DNA from: an uncultured bacterium
GTDB lineage: Bacteria > Krumholzibacteriota > Krumholzibacteriia > LZORAL124-64-63
DNA: 64,000 nt
Direction: 5' to 3'
Assembly (NCBI GenBank): GCA_963732385.1
Contig: CAVSZB010000007.1
Coordinates: forward strand, 448,001-512,000
Shown: positions 19,467 to 29,066 of the stretch, piece after piece
Numbering within the stretch: position 1 is the stretch's first letter
Layout: each line of letters starts with the position of its first letter
Notes under the pieces: generated by a model
The model's input: only the letters and a program-made list of their open reading frames with translations
Database searches by the model: none
Told to the model about the DNA's origin: nothing
Position numbers and translations under genes: made by a program

Positions 19467-19778
19467 TCAGACCTGCAGCCGCATGATTTCCTGGTACGAC
19501 TCGATCAGCCGGTTACGCACTTCAAGCATGAGCTCGAAGGCCAGCTGCGCCTCCTCGGTTGCGATCATCACGTCGTGCGGGTTCTGGACCGTGCCGGCCA
19601 CCATCCCCTGCACGGTCTCGTCACGCGCGCCCTGCAGGCGGTTGACCTCCTGCAATGCGCCGCGCAACTGGTCGGCGAACGACGGACCGTTCGCGACCGG
19701 AGCCGCGGGGGCGGCGCCGGCGCCGTACAGCCGCGCCAGATCGAGACCTGGAATCCCCTTGACCATTCCCACGCCCAT
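19467..19778 (-). CDS. fliE: Hook-basal body protein FliE
   Basis: HDVMIA.EEA.LAFEL..EVRNRLIESYQEIMR. Confidence 0.96.
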   Translation of the reverse strand: MGVGMVKGIPGLDLARLYGAGAAPAAPVANGPSFADQLRGALQEVNRLQGARDETVQGMVAGTVQNPHDVMIATEEAQLAFELMLEVRNRLIESYQEIMRLQV

Positions 19779-19794
19779 GCGATCCCCCCGTCCC

Positions 19795-20316
19795 TCAGAT
19801 TTCGAGGGCCTTGCTGAACATGTCCTTGGCCGCCTGCACCGCGCTGACGTTGGCCTCGTAAGCCCGCGTGGCGCTGATCAGGTCCACCATCTCCGTGATG
19901 GGGTTCACGTTCGGCAGCAGGACGTACCCGTCAGAATCGGCGTCGGGGTGACCCGGTTCGAAGATGATCTTGAAATCCGACGACTCCGACGACACGCCCA
20001 CCGCGACCTCCACGCCCTCGGGTTCCCGGCCGCCCGTCGGCGTGCGCGGACGTCCGCCCGCGAAGTGAGCCGGATCGGTGCGGGCCAGGCCCCCGTCCTG
20101 GCGGGCCCCCGGCGTACTGCCGGCGCCGCGCAAGCGGCCGACACGCTGGGCCAGCGCCTCGGCGAAAGCCGCCTGCTGACGGCGGTAAGGCAGCCCCTCC
20201 TCCGTGCGGGTCGTTTCGGCGTTGGCCAGATTCTCGGCCACCGTGTCCATCTTGACGCGCTGGGCGTGCAGTCCGCTCGAACTCATGCGGATGCTGCTGA
20301 AAAACCCGTCGCTCAT
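19795..20316 (-). CDS. flgC: Rod protein FlgC
   Basis: ENLANAETT, PGHPDAD..GYV..PNVN...EM, RAYEAN. Confidence 0.97.
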   Translation of the reverse strand: MSDGFFSSIRMSSSGLHAQRVKMDTVAENLANAETTRTEEGLPYRRQQAAFAEALAQRVGRLRGAGSTPGARQDGGLARTDPAHFAGGRPRTPTGGREPEGVEVAVGVSSESSDFKIIFEPGHPDADSDGYVLLPNVNPITEMVDLISATRAYEANVSAVQAAKDMFSKALEI

Positions 20317-20335
20317 GGCCCGTCACCTCCTGGCG

Positions 20336-20752
20336 CTAGCGTACCTGTCCGGAAACAGCCTCGCGCAGAATGCGGTACTTCATGCTCAGAACCCGCGTCG
20401 CCAGCCGGTAGGAAAGATCGGTCGTGGCCAGCTCCGCCATTTCGCGGTCGACATCAACGTTATTGACGCCATTGTCGACGTCGCTCTCCTGCTCGGCCAC
20501 CTGGCCGTCGGTCAGCGCGGCCTCGCGCCGGCCGACCGGCAGGTGGTGCTGATCGGTGCGGGTGCCGGCGAGACGCCCGGGGCCGGCCGACGCACGCAGC
20601 AATTCCTCGAATTTGTATTCGCGGGCGCGATAACCGGCCGTTTCGACATTCGCCACGTTCTCCGACACCACGCGGTGACGCTGTGAATAGACGACCAGCG
20701 CCTTCTTCAGGCCGTCGAGCCGCGCGCGATCGAAGAGAGTGGGCTGGATCAT
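20336..20752 (-). CDS. flgB: Rod protein FlgB
   Basis: NVANVETAGY, NNVDVDREM. Confidence 0.95.
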   Translation of the reverse strand: MIQPTLFDRARLDGLKKALVVYSQRHRVVSENVANVETAGYRAREYKFEELLRASAGPGRLAGTRTDQHHLPVGRREAALTDGQVAEQESDVDNGVNNVDVDREMAELATTDLSYRLATRVLSMKYRILREAVSGQVR

Positions 20753-20753
20753 G

Positions 20754-22133
20754 TCAGCACCTCGGGGCGGTCACGCCCATGGCGTTGTACAGGTGCAGTT
20801 TGTTGCGCAGCGTCCGCACGCTGATGCCGAGCGCCCGGGCCGACTGTGTGCGATTGCCGCCGGTCTGACGCAGCTTGCGCAGGATCAACTCACGCTCCAT
20901 GTCCGCCAGGGTCAGATCCGTGGGCAGAACCTCCGCGTCGCGACGCCCGCAGGGATCCATCCCGTCCGCGAGATCGAGCAGCGATTCGTCCAGCTCGACA
21001 CCAGAGTTCATGATCACGGCACGCTCGATGATGTTCTGCAGCTGGCGCACGTTGCCCGGCCACTCGAGACGCGTCAGGCTGGCCATGGCCGATTCGGTAA
21101 TGGCCATGAGCGACTTGCCGTTCTCCGCGCAGACCCCCTCGACGAAGTGCTGAGCCAGCAGCGGAATGTCCTCGCGTCGTTCGCGCAGTGGCGCCATGAA
21201 CAGCGGAATGACGTTCAGGCGGAAGAAGAGGTCCTCGCGAAAACGTTTCTCCTGGATCTCCTCACGCAGGTTGCGATTCGTGGTCGCAATAATGCGGACG
21301 TCGATCTTGGTGGCGCACTTGGCGCCCAGCCGCACGAATTCGCGTTCCTGGAGCACGCGCAGCAGCTTGGCCTGCATCGCGAACGGCATCTCGCTGATCT
21401 CGTCCAGCAGGAGTGTGCCACCGTCGGCCAGTTCGAATTTCCCTTTGCGAGCCTGGACCGCGCCGGTGAACGCGCCGCGCTCGTAGCCGAAAAGTTCGGA
21501 TTCCAGCAAAGTCTCCGGAATCGCCGCGCAGTTGATGCGAATGAAGGCGCTGTTGCGCCGCCCGCCAGCCAGGTGGATGGCGCGCGCGGCGACCTCCTTG
21601 CCGGTGCCGCTCTCGCCCTGCAGCAGAACGGTGCCGCGTGCATCGGCGATCATGGCGATCTTTTCCCGCAGATCCCGCATGGAGGCACTGCTGCCGAGCA
21701 GGCCCCAGTGCTCACGGCGCGTGCGCACGTTGCGACGCAGGCTGCGGTTCTCCTCGCGCAGCTGGAGGTACTCAAAGGCCCGTCCGAGCGCGTGGTCGAG
21801 CTGTTCGAGGCTGAACGGCTTGGTCAGATAGGCGAACGCGCCGCGCTTCGTGGCTTCGACCGCTTCCTGGATAGTGCCGAACGCCGTCATCATGAGGACG
21901 AGTGGTCCCGGCTCCTCGCGGGTCTGGAGGTCGGCAAGCAGGGCCAGACCGTCGCGTCCCGGCATCCGCACGTCGCTCAGCACGATGTCGGCCGGGGCGC
22001 GCGCCAGCGCCGACAGCGCCTCCGCACCGTCGCTTGCCACGCGCACGTCATAGCGGCCGGCCAGTGCGGCCTGCAGCCAATCGCGCATTGTCTGCTCATC
22101 GTCCACCACCAGGAGGCTCTGTCTGCTAGGCAT
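20754..22133 (-). CDS. Sigma54-dependent response regulator (FlrC/FleR/FlgR-like)
   Basis: REC (VVDD, SDVRMP), GESGTGKE, GAFTGA, WPGNVR, Fis-type HTH; abuts flgB. Confidence 0.93.
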   Translation of the reverse strand: MPSRQSLLVVDDEQTMRDWLQAALAGRYDVRVASDGAEALSALARAPADIVLSDVRMPGRDGLALLADLQTREEPGPLVLMMTAFGTIQEAVEATKRGAFAYLTKPFSLEQLDHALGRAFEYLQLREENRSLRRNVRTRREHWGLLGSSASMRDLREKIAMIADARGTVLLQGESGTGKEVAARAIHLAGGRRNSAFIRINCAAIPETLLESELFGYERGAFTGAVQARKGKFELADGGTLLLDEISEMPFAMQAKLLRVLQEREFVRLGAKCATKIDVRIIATTNRNLREEIQEKRFREDLFFRLNVIPLFMAPLRERREDIPLLAQHFVEGVCAENGKSLMAITESAMASLTRLEWPGNVRQLQNIIERAVIMNSGVELDESLLDLADGMDPCGRRDAEVLPTDLTLADMERELILRKLRQTGGNRTQSARALGISVRTLRNKLHLYNAMGVTAPRC

Positions 22134-22851
22134 TGCTTTCCTTCCGCGCCCGCGCCGGCTTGACCGTCGCAGCTGTTGTGGCCCGCGCAACTTCCATGAC
22201 CACCAGGGCACCGCCACCGGCCCGGTTCGACAGCGACCAGGGCAGTGCGTACATGTCCATCAGGGTATCCACCCGCGCCAGTCCGATGCCGAGACGCCCG
22301 GGTTTCGTCGTCACGAACGGGTCGGCGGCCCGGGCCAGGATGGCCGGCGGCAGCCCGGGGCCATCATCGGCCACCTGCAGTTGCAGCCGTCCGCGGCGTC
22401 CGGCCACCGTATTGATCGTCACACGCGCGCCGGCCGGCGCCGCCTCCGCGGAATTCGTCAGCAGTTCCTCCAGCGCGAGTTGCAGATCGCGCGCAGGCAG
22501 CAGCAGCGGAGCGGCCGCGCCGCCGAGGATCCGCACCGTCAACCGGGTGCAGCGTGTCCGGGCAGCCGTCACGGCCGCCGCCACGACCGCGGCCAGGTCC
22601 CCGCCAGGCGGTTCGGCCGGCCGCGCAAACGCTATCTCCTGTACCGACCGGTAAATTCTCTCCATCAACTCCACTTCGGCCAGGATCTGGCGCGCCCACT
22701 GAGCCACCTGGCGGTCGGCCTCCCCTGCCGCGATCAGACTGGCGTAGCCCTTGATCCCGCACAGGTTATTGCTGGTCTTGTGCAGGTATCCGCGCATGAG
22801 CCGGCTTTGGCGTCCGTCCCGTGCCGTTGCGTGGATCGCGGTCGCGGTCAT
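22126..22851 (-). CDS. Short cytoplasmic histidine-kinase-like protein with no sensor domain
   Basis: Atypical H-box LHKTSNNL; N-box LLTNSAEA; DDGPG; PFVTTK; GIGL. Confidence 0.8.
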   Translation of the reverse strand: MTATAIHATARDGRQSRLMRGYLHKTSNNLCGIKGYASLIAAGEADRQVAQWARQILAEVELMERIYRSVQEIAFARPAEPPGGDLAAVVAAAVTAARTRCTRLTVRILGGAAAPLLLPARDLQLALEELLTNSAEAAPAGARVTINTVAGRRGRLQLQVADDGPGLPPAILARAADPFVTTKPGRLGIGLARVDTLMDMYALPWSLSNRAGGGALVVMEVARATTAATVKPARARKESNA

Positions 22852-23201
22852 GGCGCAACCCCGGTCTCCGCCAGCAACAGCTGGTCGTTGAGCTCCTCGG
22901 TTTCCAGAATCTCCTCGATCAGGGCCGCCACCTCGCGCAGTGCCGAGTGGAGGCGGGCGGCGCCGGCGTTGCCCGCTCGCTCCCGCTCCCAGATGTCGCG
23001 CGCCGGCGCGTGCTCACGCTCGAGCCTGGCGATCGCATCGAGCCGGTCGCGCTTGGCGGTCAGCAGCGCGCGCAGTTCGCCCAGGCGCGCGCCACCCCGC
23101 AACAACTCTCCCTGACGGAGGGACAGCGCGAGGATCTCGCCATAGAGCCGCCGTTGGCCCGCGTAGAGGTGCAGCAGGTCTTCCAGCGCGGGGACCGGCA
23201 T
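22848..23201 (-). CDS. Helical FlgN/FliT-like hypothetical protein
   Basis: Coupled ORF; LYGEILALS..Q..LL...L..K...D.I..LE pattern resembles flagellar chaperones. Confidence 0.5.
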   Translation of the reverse strand: MPVPALEDLLHLYAGQRRLYGEILALSLRQGELLRGGARLGELRALLTAKRDRLDAIARLEREHAPARDIWERERAGNAGAARLHSALREVAALIEEILETEELNDQLLLAETGVAP

Positions 23202-23211
23202 CGCCGGTTGC

Positions 23212-24291
23212 TCAGCGCACCACATTGGCAACGAGGCCACGCGCAACACCCCCTCCCGCCAGCACATTCAGGGTGTCGGCCAGGGCGGCCAGCGCGCAGG
23301 CCCGCGAACGCCACGCCCTCGGCTCGCTGTCGGCGCACAGCAGACGCAGCGCATCGCCGGCGGCGCGGAACCGTCCCGCCTGCAGATCGAGCCCGGCCAG
23401 CTGGTAGCGGCTCCACGGAGCGAGCGATGCGAGGTTGCTCGCCGCGAGCTGACGCCAGAGATCGGCGGCGGCCGGGCGATCCCCGGCCAGATAGAAGAGG
23501 TCAGGCAGGGTGCCCGCGAGCCAGATGCGCTCGCGCCGGCCGAGCGTAGCCGCGGTGTCCCCCTCCGCCAGAAGGATCCGGGCGCCGGTCAACGCCGATT
23601 CCCAATCGCGCAATTGCGTCGCCGCAAAGGTCCGCCAGAAGCGGATCGACGACGGCAGCGCCGCTGTCTGCCCGTCCACCTTGCGCGCCAACAGATCCAG
23701 GGTCAGGCTGTCGCCGCGCGCCAGCAGCCAGCGGAAGGCCAGCACCGCCTCGTCCTCATGCGAGGCGAGTTCGCTGGCGCCCAGCGTGTTGAACAGCGCC
23801 CTCCCGACGGTCTGGGAGTCACCGAGCGCCGCCGCGCTGCCCAACGATTCGCGCTCGAGCACCGGCGCCAACTCACGGGTCTCGTCGCGCACAGCCGCTT
23901 CGCCATACCAGCCGAGCGCGTGATCGTATTCGCCCAGCGCGCGGTAGGCCCGCGCCGTGGACAGCGACTCGGCCGCCGTTCGGACCGGCCGGCGAGGCGC
24001 TTCGTTGGCGCGCTCGACCTCGCGCACCTGCGCGGCAGACTCCAGGCGCGACGGAGCATCGACCTGCCTGATCGCGAGCGTGGGGAACAGCGACGAGCCG
24101 AGCGCCGGCAGACTGTCGTTGGTGACCGGCATCGCCGCGGTCACGCCGAGCCAGCGCGCATAACTGATTCTCTCCTCATCGCCCAGGCCCGGGGCGCAGA
24201 GCACCTGGCCACCGGACAAGAGGGCCACGAAGACAAGCCAGACGACAGCCGCCACGCCTCCTGCTGCCTTCCGCTGCCTCGCTGTCTGCAC
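23212..24291 (-). CDS. Exported/membrane-anchored TPR-like protein
   Basis: GTG after GGAGG; N-terminal hydrophobic segment; ARAYRALGEYDHAL.WY TPR-like helices. Confidence 0.6.
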   Translation of the reverse strand: MQTARQRKAAGGVAAVVWLVFVALLSGGQVLCAPGLGDEERISYARWLGVTAAMPVTNDSLPALGSSLFPTLAIRQVDAPSRLESAAQVREVERANEAPRRPVRTAAESLSTARAYRALGEYDHALGWYGEAAVRDETRELAPVLERESLGSAAALGDSQTVGRALFNTLGASELASHEDEAVLAFRWLLARGDSLTLDLLARKVDGQTAALPSSIRFWRTFAATQLRDWESALTGARILLAEGDTAATLGRRERIWLAGTLPDLFYLAGDRPAAADLWRQLAASNLASLAPWSRYQLAGLDLQAGRFRAAGDALRLLCADSEPRAWRSRACALAALADTLNVLAGGGVARGLVANVVR

Positions 24292-24333
24292 GTCGCACCT
24301 CCCCCGGTCGCCATGATCCGGTGGCCCGGTGTC

Positions 24334-24349
24334 CGCAAACAGCATGCCT
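24334..24349 (-). promoter_or_regulatory. Sigma54 promoter heading the TPR-kinase-RR-flgB...fliJ operon
   Basis: AGGCATGCTGTTTGCG (GG-N10-GC), about 40 nt before the start codon. Confidence 0.7.
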
Positions 24350-24572
24350 CCGGGGGCGGAACGTTCCCGGGGCATGGGCAGAAGATTCCGGGGCCGGTGG
24401 CCGGGAGGTGAAAGGGAGAGAAGGGGTTGTCAGTTATGGAGATGGAAGAATGATAGAGAATCTGGACCGGCGGCACTCGGCAACAACAGCCTCACCCCGG
24501 CACCCGATTTTGCCCCAGCGCAGGCCGGCCACTGGTCAAGCGTGGCCGGAAAACGGACAGCTCGCCGCCGCG

Positions 24573-26009
24573 CTACTCCTCAGCCTCGGCGGCCAGCCCT
24601 GCGATGGTGTCGTCGCCCAGGTCCTGCTGGTAGAGCCGCAGCTTCTCGCGCAGCGTCTGGCGCGAAATGCCCAGGAGACGGGCGGCGCGGCTTTTGTTGT
24701 TCCCGGTCGCCTCGAGCAGGTGCAGGATCTGGCGGCGTTCCACCTCGGCCAGCGACTGCAGACCCGGCTCGCCGATGCCGGCGGCCGCGGCCGCTGCGCG
24801 GGGATTGCGTCCCGCGAGGATGTGGGGCGGCAGCTGTTCCGGAAGCAGCCGGGCCGGTTCCTCGAGGATCATGATACGCTTCAGGACGTTCTTGACCTCG
24901 CGCACATTGCCTGGCCACGAATAGCGGCGCAGCGCCTCGAGCAGCGCCGGCGACGCCGGCTCGCACGCCTGTCCGAGCGCCGCGTTGAACTCCGAAATGA
25001 AGTGATTTACCAGGATTTCCAGATCCTGCGGGCGCTCCCGCAACGGCGGTATCATGATCTCGACCACCTGGAGACGGTAGTAGAGGTCGTTGCGGAATGC
25101 TCCGCGCTCGATTTCCTCCTCGAGCCGGCGGTTGGTGGCGGCGACGACACGCGCCTGAACCGTCAGTTCATCCCGTCCGCCCACGCGTCGATAGCGCCGG
25201 TTCTCGATGACCCGCAGCAACCGGCTCTGGAGGAGGATGCCCATCTCCCCGATCTCGTCCAGGAAGATCGTACCGCTCCCGGCCAGCTCGAACAGCCCTT
25301 CGCGGCGCGCCTTGGCGTCGGTGAAGGCCCCCTTTTCGTGTCCGAACAGCTCGCTCTCGAGCAGCGCTTCCGGCACGGCTGCGCAGTTGATCTCCATGAA
25401 CGGCTCGCCGTGCGCCTCCCCCACCTCGTGGATCGCGCGCGCCACGATCTCCTTCCCTGAACCGGACTCGCCCTGGATGAGAATCGAGGTGTCGTGCCCG
25501 GCGCGGCTGCCGCCGATCTTGTCGAGCACGCGGGCTACCCCGGCCAGACCTGGGCAGTTTCGGATCATGTCCAGATAGACACCGTCCTCCGACCGGGCGC
25601 GTATGGCGCGCACCCGGTCGTCATCGCCGTGGGGAGCCTCGCTTTCGGTCGCCCGCAGCGCAGCCCGCACCTGCTGCCTGATGGTTCCCAGCTTGAACGG
25701 CTTCTGGATGAAATCGTAGGCCCCGGCCCGCATGGCGGCGACCGCCGTGTCGACATCCCCGTAGGCCGTCATCATGATCACCGGCGTGGCCACCCCCTGA
25801 TGGCGCAACGCCTGCATCACCTCGAGCCCGGAGATGCCCGGCAGCTTAAGATCGCTGACGATCAGATCGGGCGCGCGTCCATGGCAGCAGGCAAGAGCCT
25901 CTTCGCCGGTTTCAGCGGCGTCCACCTGGTAGCCGTCGGCAGCAAGCGCCTCGGCCAGCGACAGTCTGATCGTTGTTTCATCGTCCACGACGAGGATCCG
26001 CTTGCTCAT
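24573..26009 (-). CDS. Sigma54-dependent response regulator (NtrC/AtoC family)
   Basis: REC, GESGSGKE, GAFTDA, WPGNVRE, HTH NKSRAARLLGISR. Confidence 0.93.
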   Translation of the reverse strand: MSKRILVVDDETTIRLSLAEALAADGYQVDAAETGEEALACCHGRAPDLIVSDLKLPGISGLEVMQALRHQGVATPVIMMTAYGDVDTAVAAMRAGAYDFIQKPFKLGTIRQQVRAALRATESEAPHGDDDRVRAIRARSEDGVYLDMIRNCPGLAGVARVLDKIGGSRAGHDTSILIQGESGSGKEIVARAIHEVGEAHGEPFMEINCAAVPEALLESELFGHEKGAFTDAKARREGLFELAGSGTIFLDEIGEMGILLQSRLLRVIENRRYRRVGGRDELTVQARVVAATNRRLEEEIERGAFRNDLYYRLQVVEIMIPPLRERPQDLEILVNHFISEFNAALGQACEPASPALLEALRRYSWPGNVREVKNVLKRIMILEEPARLLPEQLPPHILAGRNPRAAAAAAGIGEPGLQSLAEVERRQILHLLEATGNNKSRAARLLGISRQTLREKLRLYQQDLGDDTIAGLAAEAEE

Positions 26010-28297
26010 GTCTCCTCCTGTTGGCGCTCCAGCGCCTCGGTGCGCGGCAGCAGCACGCGCAGGACAGTCGTGTGATCCGCGCGGACGGCGTGGATCTCCC
26101 CGCCGTGCGCGGCCACGATTTTGCGGCAGATGGAGAGCCCCAGCCCCGTGCCGGCGCTCTTGGTGGTGTAGAACGGGCGGAAGAGCCGCTCCGCGTCCCG
26201 CGGAGCGAAGCCGGCGCCTTCGTCGTGGACCTCCAGGGCCAGCCCGGGACGGATCTGGCCGGAGCCGCTGTGCGCATCACGCAGCTCGAGTCGTGCCTCG
26301 CGCCGCAGGACCAGGACGATGCCGCCGCCTGCCGGCGATGCGTCGAGGGCGTTCAGCAGAAGGTTCAGGATCACCTGCTTGAGTTGCCCCGCATCGACCT
26401 CCTGCGTCCAGGTTCCCGCAGCGGCCGTGGCCGGTTCGAGCCGCAGTTCCAGGCGCACCCTGCGCTCGCCCGCCTTCGGTTCGAGCAGCAGCAGGCAATC
26501 GCGCGCCAGCCCGGACAGATCGGCCGCGCCCAGACGGGGCTCGTAGGGACGCACGAACTGGAGCAGCCTGGTGATGGTCGAGTTGATGCGATCGACCTCG
26601 CCGGTGATGACGTCGAGATAGCGCTTGCGGGAATCGCCCGCCGGCAGCTGGCCCGCCAGCAGTTCGGCCTGGGCGCTCAGTCCCATCAGCGGATTGCGGA
26701 TCTCGTGCGCCAACGCCGCGGACATTTCGACCATGCCCTCGAGGTTGTCGGCCCGGATACGTTCGGCCTCGAGGCGTTTCGCTTCCCGCAGATCCTCGAG
26801 CACGAGCACCAGCCACCGCTCGCCTCTGCGCCGCCCCGGCATGGTCGAGGCCTGCACGAGCACCGGAATCGTCTCGCCGGCATCGCGCAGGATCTGCCCT
26901 TCACCCTGATAGGGCGGCGCCGCGGGCGCCATCAGGCGCGCGAAGGGAACTCCCTCGAGCCCGCCGAGTCGCAGCCGGCCGTCCAGGAACAGCTCCGGCA
27001 GCGCATCGCTGTGCGGAAGCCAGTCCCGCAACGTGTCGGGCGCGGCGTTCTCGACCCGCCCCCGTCCGGTCGCCGTGGCGGCCCCGTCCGGCGCTTCCGC
27101 AACCGGAGCGCCGAGCAGTTCCCGACCGTGCCGGTTGCAGTAGACGGTGCGCGCCTGTTCATCCATCACCCAGATTCCGCTGCGCACGGTGTCGAGGACG
27201 CGGGCGTTGAAGGCGCCGAGCTCGCGGATGCGATCAAGCATCTGGGCGCCCGCGACCTCCTCGGCCAGGATCACCTGCACCGCCTGCAGGAAAGGCGCGC
27301 GTCGCGCGGCCGCCTCGTCGGCCAGCTGCGGCCCGTCGAGCAGCAGCAGATAACCGAGGCGGGCCCCCTGGTGTTCGAGCGGCAACGCCGTGATGGCGCG
27401 TTGGGGAGCGCCGTCGGCCGGCAGATCGCGATCCAGATGGTACACGCCCGGTATCGGCAGGCGGTCGGCGATCGTGTGCGCGACCCGTTCGTCCAGCCTG
27501 ATCAGGATCCGGTCCCAGCGCGCCTCTTCCCAGGCATAGGTCTGCCGGGGGGCGTACGGGGCGCCTGGCGCGGCGCGCAGCACCAACGCCGCGCCTCGCG
27601 CCCCCACGAAGCGCGCCAGACTCTCGAGCAGCCCCGACAGCGCTGCGTCCCAGTTGCGCGCGCTGCTCAGTTCGCGGCCGAAGCGGTAGAGCAGGGCCAG
27701 CTGCGACATGTGGTCGGTGAGTTCCTGGTTGGCCAGTTCGAGGCGGCGCTGCGAGGCGATCAGTTCGTCGCCGACCCGCGACACTTCGTCCTGCAACTGT
27801 CGCCGGTGCGCGTGGAGACGCCGGGCCGTCTCCTCCCCCTGCCGCCGTACGGCGCTGATGCGGCTCCCCTGCTCCCGGCGCGCGTCGAGCCGGTCGATCG
27901 TCTCCGACCAGCGCGCCGCCTCCACCGGCACCGGGAGAGCGTCGAACAGCCCGGCCCGGAACAGACGCGCGCAGGCGCCGGTGTCGAGGTCCCGGAAGAG
28001 CAGGACCACCGCCGCGTCAGGACGCTTCCGCAGCAGTCCGGCAAGCGTTGTGGCCAACTCCCCGGCGCGGTCTCCCGACGTCAGGCAGGTTCCGTCCAGA
28101 ATCACCAGGGGGGCCGGGGTCTCCGCCAGATCTTCCGGCGCGATGTCGCGCCCTGCAGAAGCTGGTCCCAGCAGGCGAACCGCCTCCTCAAGCGTCGCGA
28201 CCAAAGGCCGCCCCGCCGAGCGCCAGCCGGTCGGACCGACCAGAAACGTCTCTTCCGGCAGGGGATCCGGGAGTTCGATCGGTGGCCGCAGAGTCAT
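26006..28297 (-). CDS. Cytoplasmic sensor histidine kinase (degenerate REC-like, coiled coil, GAF, PAS, HisKA, HATPase)
   Basis: AHEIRNPL, NLLLNA, DEGAG, PFYTTK, GTGLGL; overlaps the partner RR start. Confidence 0.9.
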   Translation of the reverse strand: MTLRPPIELPDPLPEETFLVGPTGWRSAGRPLVATLEEAVRLLGPASAGRDIAPEDLAETPAPLVILDGTCLTSGDRAGELATTLAGLLRKRPDAAVVLLFRDLDTGACARLFRAGLFDALPVPVEAARWSETIDRLDARREQGSRISAVRRQGEETARRLHAHRRQLQDEVSRVGDELIASQRRLELANQELTDHMSQLALLYRFGRELSSARNWDAALSGLLESLARFVGARGAALVLRAAPGAPYAPRQTYAWEEARWDRILIRLDERVAHTIADRLPIPGVYHLDRDLPADGAPQRAITALPLEHQGARLGYLLLLDGPQLADEAAARRAPFLQAVQVILAEEVAGAQMLDRIRELGAFNARVLDTVRSGIWVMDEQARTVYCNRHGRELLGAPVAEAPDGAATATGRGRVENAAPDTLRDWLPHSDALPELFLDGRLRLGGLEGVPFARLMAPAAPPYQGEGQILRDAGETIPVLVQASTMPGRRRGERWLVLVLEDLREAKRLEAERIRADNLEGMVEMSAALAHEIRNPLMGLSAQAELLAGQLPAGDSRKRYLDVITGEVDRINSTITRLLQFVRPYEPRLGAADLSGLARDCLLLLEPKAGERRVRLELRLEPATAAAGTWTQEVDAGQLKQVILNLLLNALDASPAGGGIVLVLRREARLELRDAHSGSGQIRPGLALEVHDEGAGFAPRDAERLFRPFYTTKSAGTGLGLSICRKIVAAHGGEIHAVRADHTTVLRVLLPRTEALERQQEET

Positions 28298-28445
28298 GCC
28301 TCCGGGGCGGGAATAAGGCCTGATCCAGAGCGCCTGCGACCCACCGTAAGGAAATTGGTCAGTTCAGGCAATCAAAAAGAAAAGCCGGACGGCCCGCGCC
28401 ATCCGGCAATCCAGCAAAAATATGAAGCGACCAGTCCCGAAGCGG

Positions 28446-28814
28446 TCAGCCGATCAGGTTCTCCAGCCTGCGCAGGACCGCGTCCAGGCGCTTCGCGACG
28501 GCGCTGCGCACTTCGACCGTGTCATACACCCCTTCGCTCAGACGCGCCCTCGCCTGCGCCACCCGCTCTTCGCGCACCTCGGGCACCGCGGCCAGGGCCT
28601 GCCGGGCCGTCGCCAGGTCGCTCTGGAGCTGCGCCTCGCGGCGCGCGGCCGGCGAGAGGACCAGGCTGTCGCCCGCAGGCTCGACGGCAGGGCGACCAGA
28701 TTCGCCCGCCCCCCCGGTCAACCCGCTGGGCCGACCGGAACCACCCTTGGTCAGCAGACGCTGCAGCAGCGATCCCTGCGGAGAGTTCGCCTGGTCAATG
28801 TTGCGCATGGCCAT
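28446..28814 (-). CDS. flgM: Anti-sigma28 factor FlgM
   Basis: DSLVLSPAA...PEVREERVAQARARLSEGVY motif. Confidence 0.88.
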   Translation of the reverse strand: MAMRNIDQANSPQGSLLQRLLTKGGSGRPSGLTGGAGESGRPAVEPAGDSLVLSPAARREAQLQSDLATARQALAAVPEVREERVAQARARLSEGVYDTVEVRSAVAKRLDAVLRRLENLIG

Positions 28815-28877
28815 CTCGCTTCACCCTTCTCGTAGTTGCCGGCCGCATGTCCGCGCCGGTCCATCGCGGTTCACCTT

Positions 28878-28893
28878 AGCAATCCCGGTTCCC
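28878..28893 (-). promoter_or_regulatory. Possible sigma54 promoter of flgM
   Basis: GGGAACCGGGATTGCT (GG-N10-GC, weak -24 element). Confidence 0.45.
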
Positions 28894-29038
28894 CGGCGCA
28901 ACCGGAGCGTCCCCGTCGGCGAAAAACGCCCATCGGGCCTGCGCAGCCCCCCGGGGCAGTTCCTGCCGGGCGGTGGGCCCTGTCGGCAAACGCCCGGTCA
29001 CTCCTGCCGGTGGCCGGAAGGTAACCACTCTGCCCAGA

Positions 29039-29066
29039 GATTCGGCAGGTCCGGTCCCTTTCTTTA
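29039..29066 (-). promoter_or_regulatory. Sigma28 promoter of flgM
   Basis: TAAAG-N15-GCCGAATC. Confidence 0.65.
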
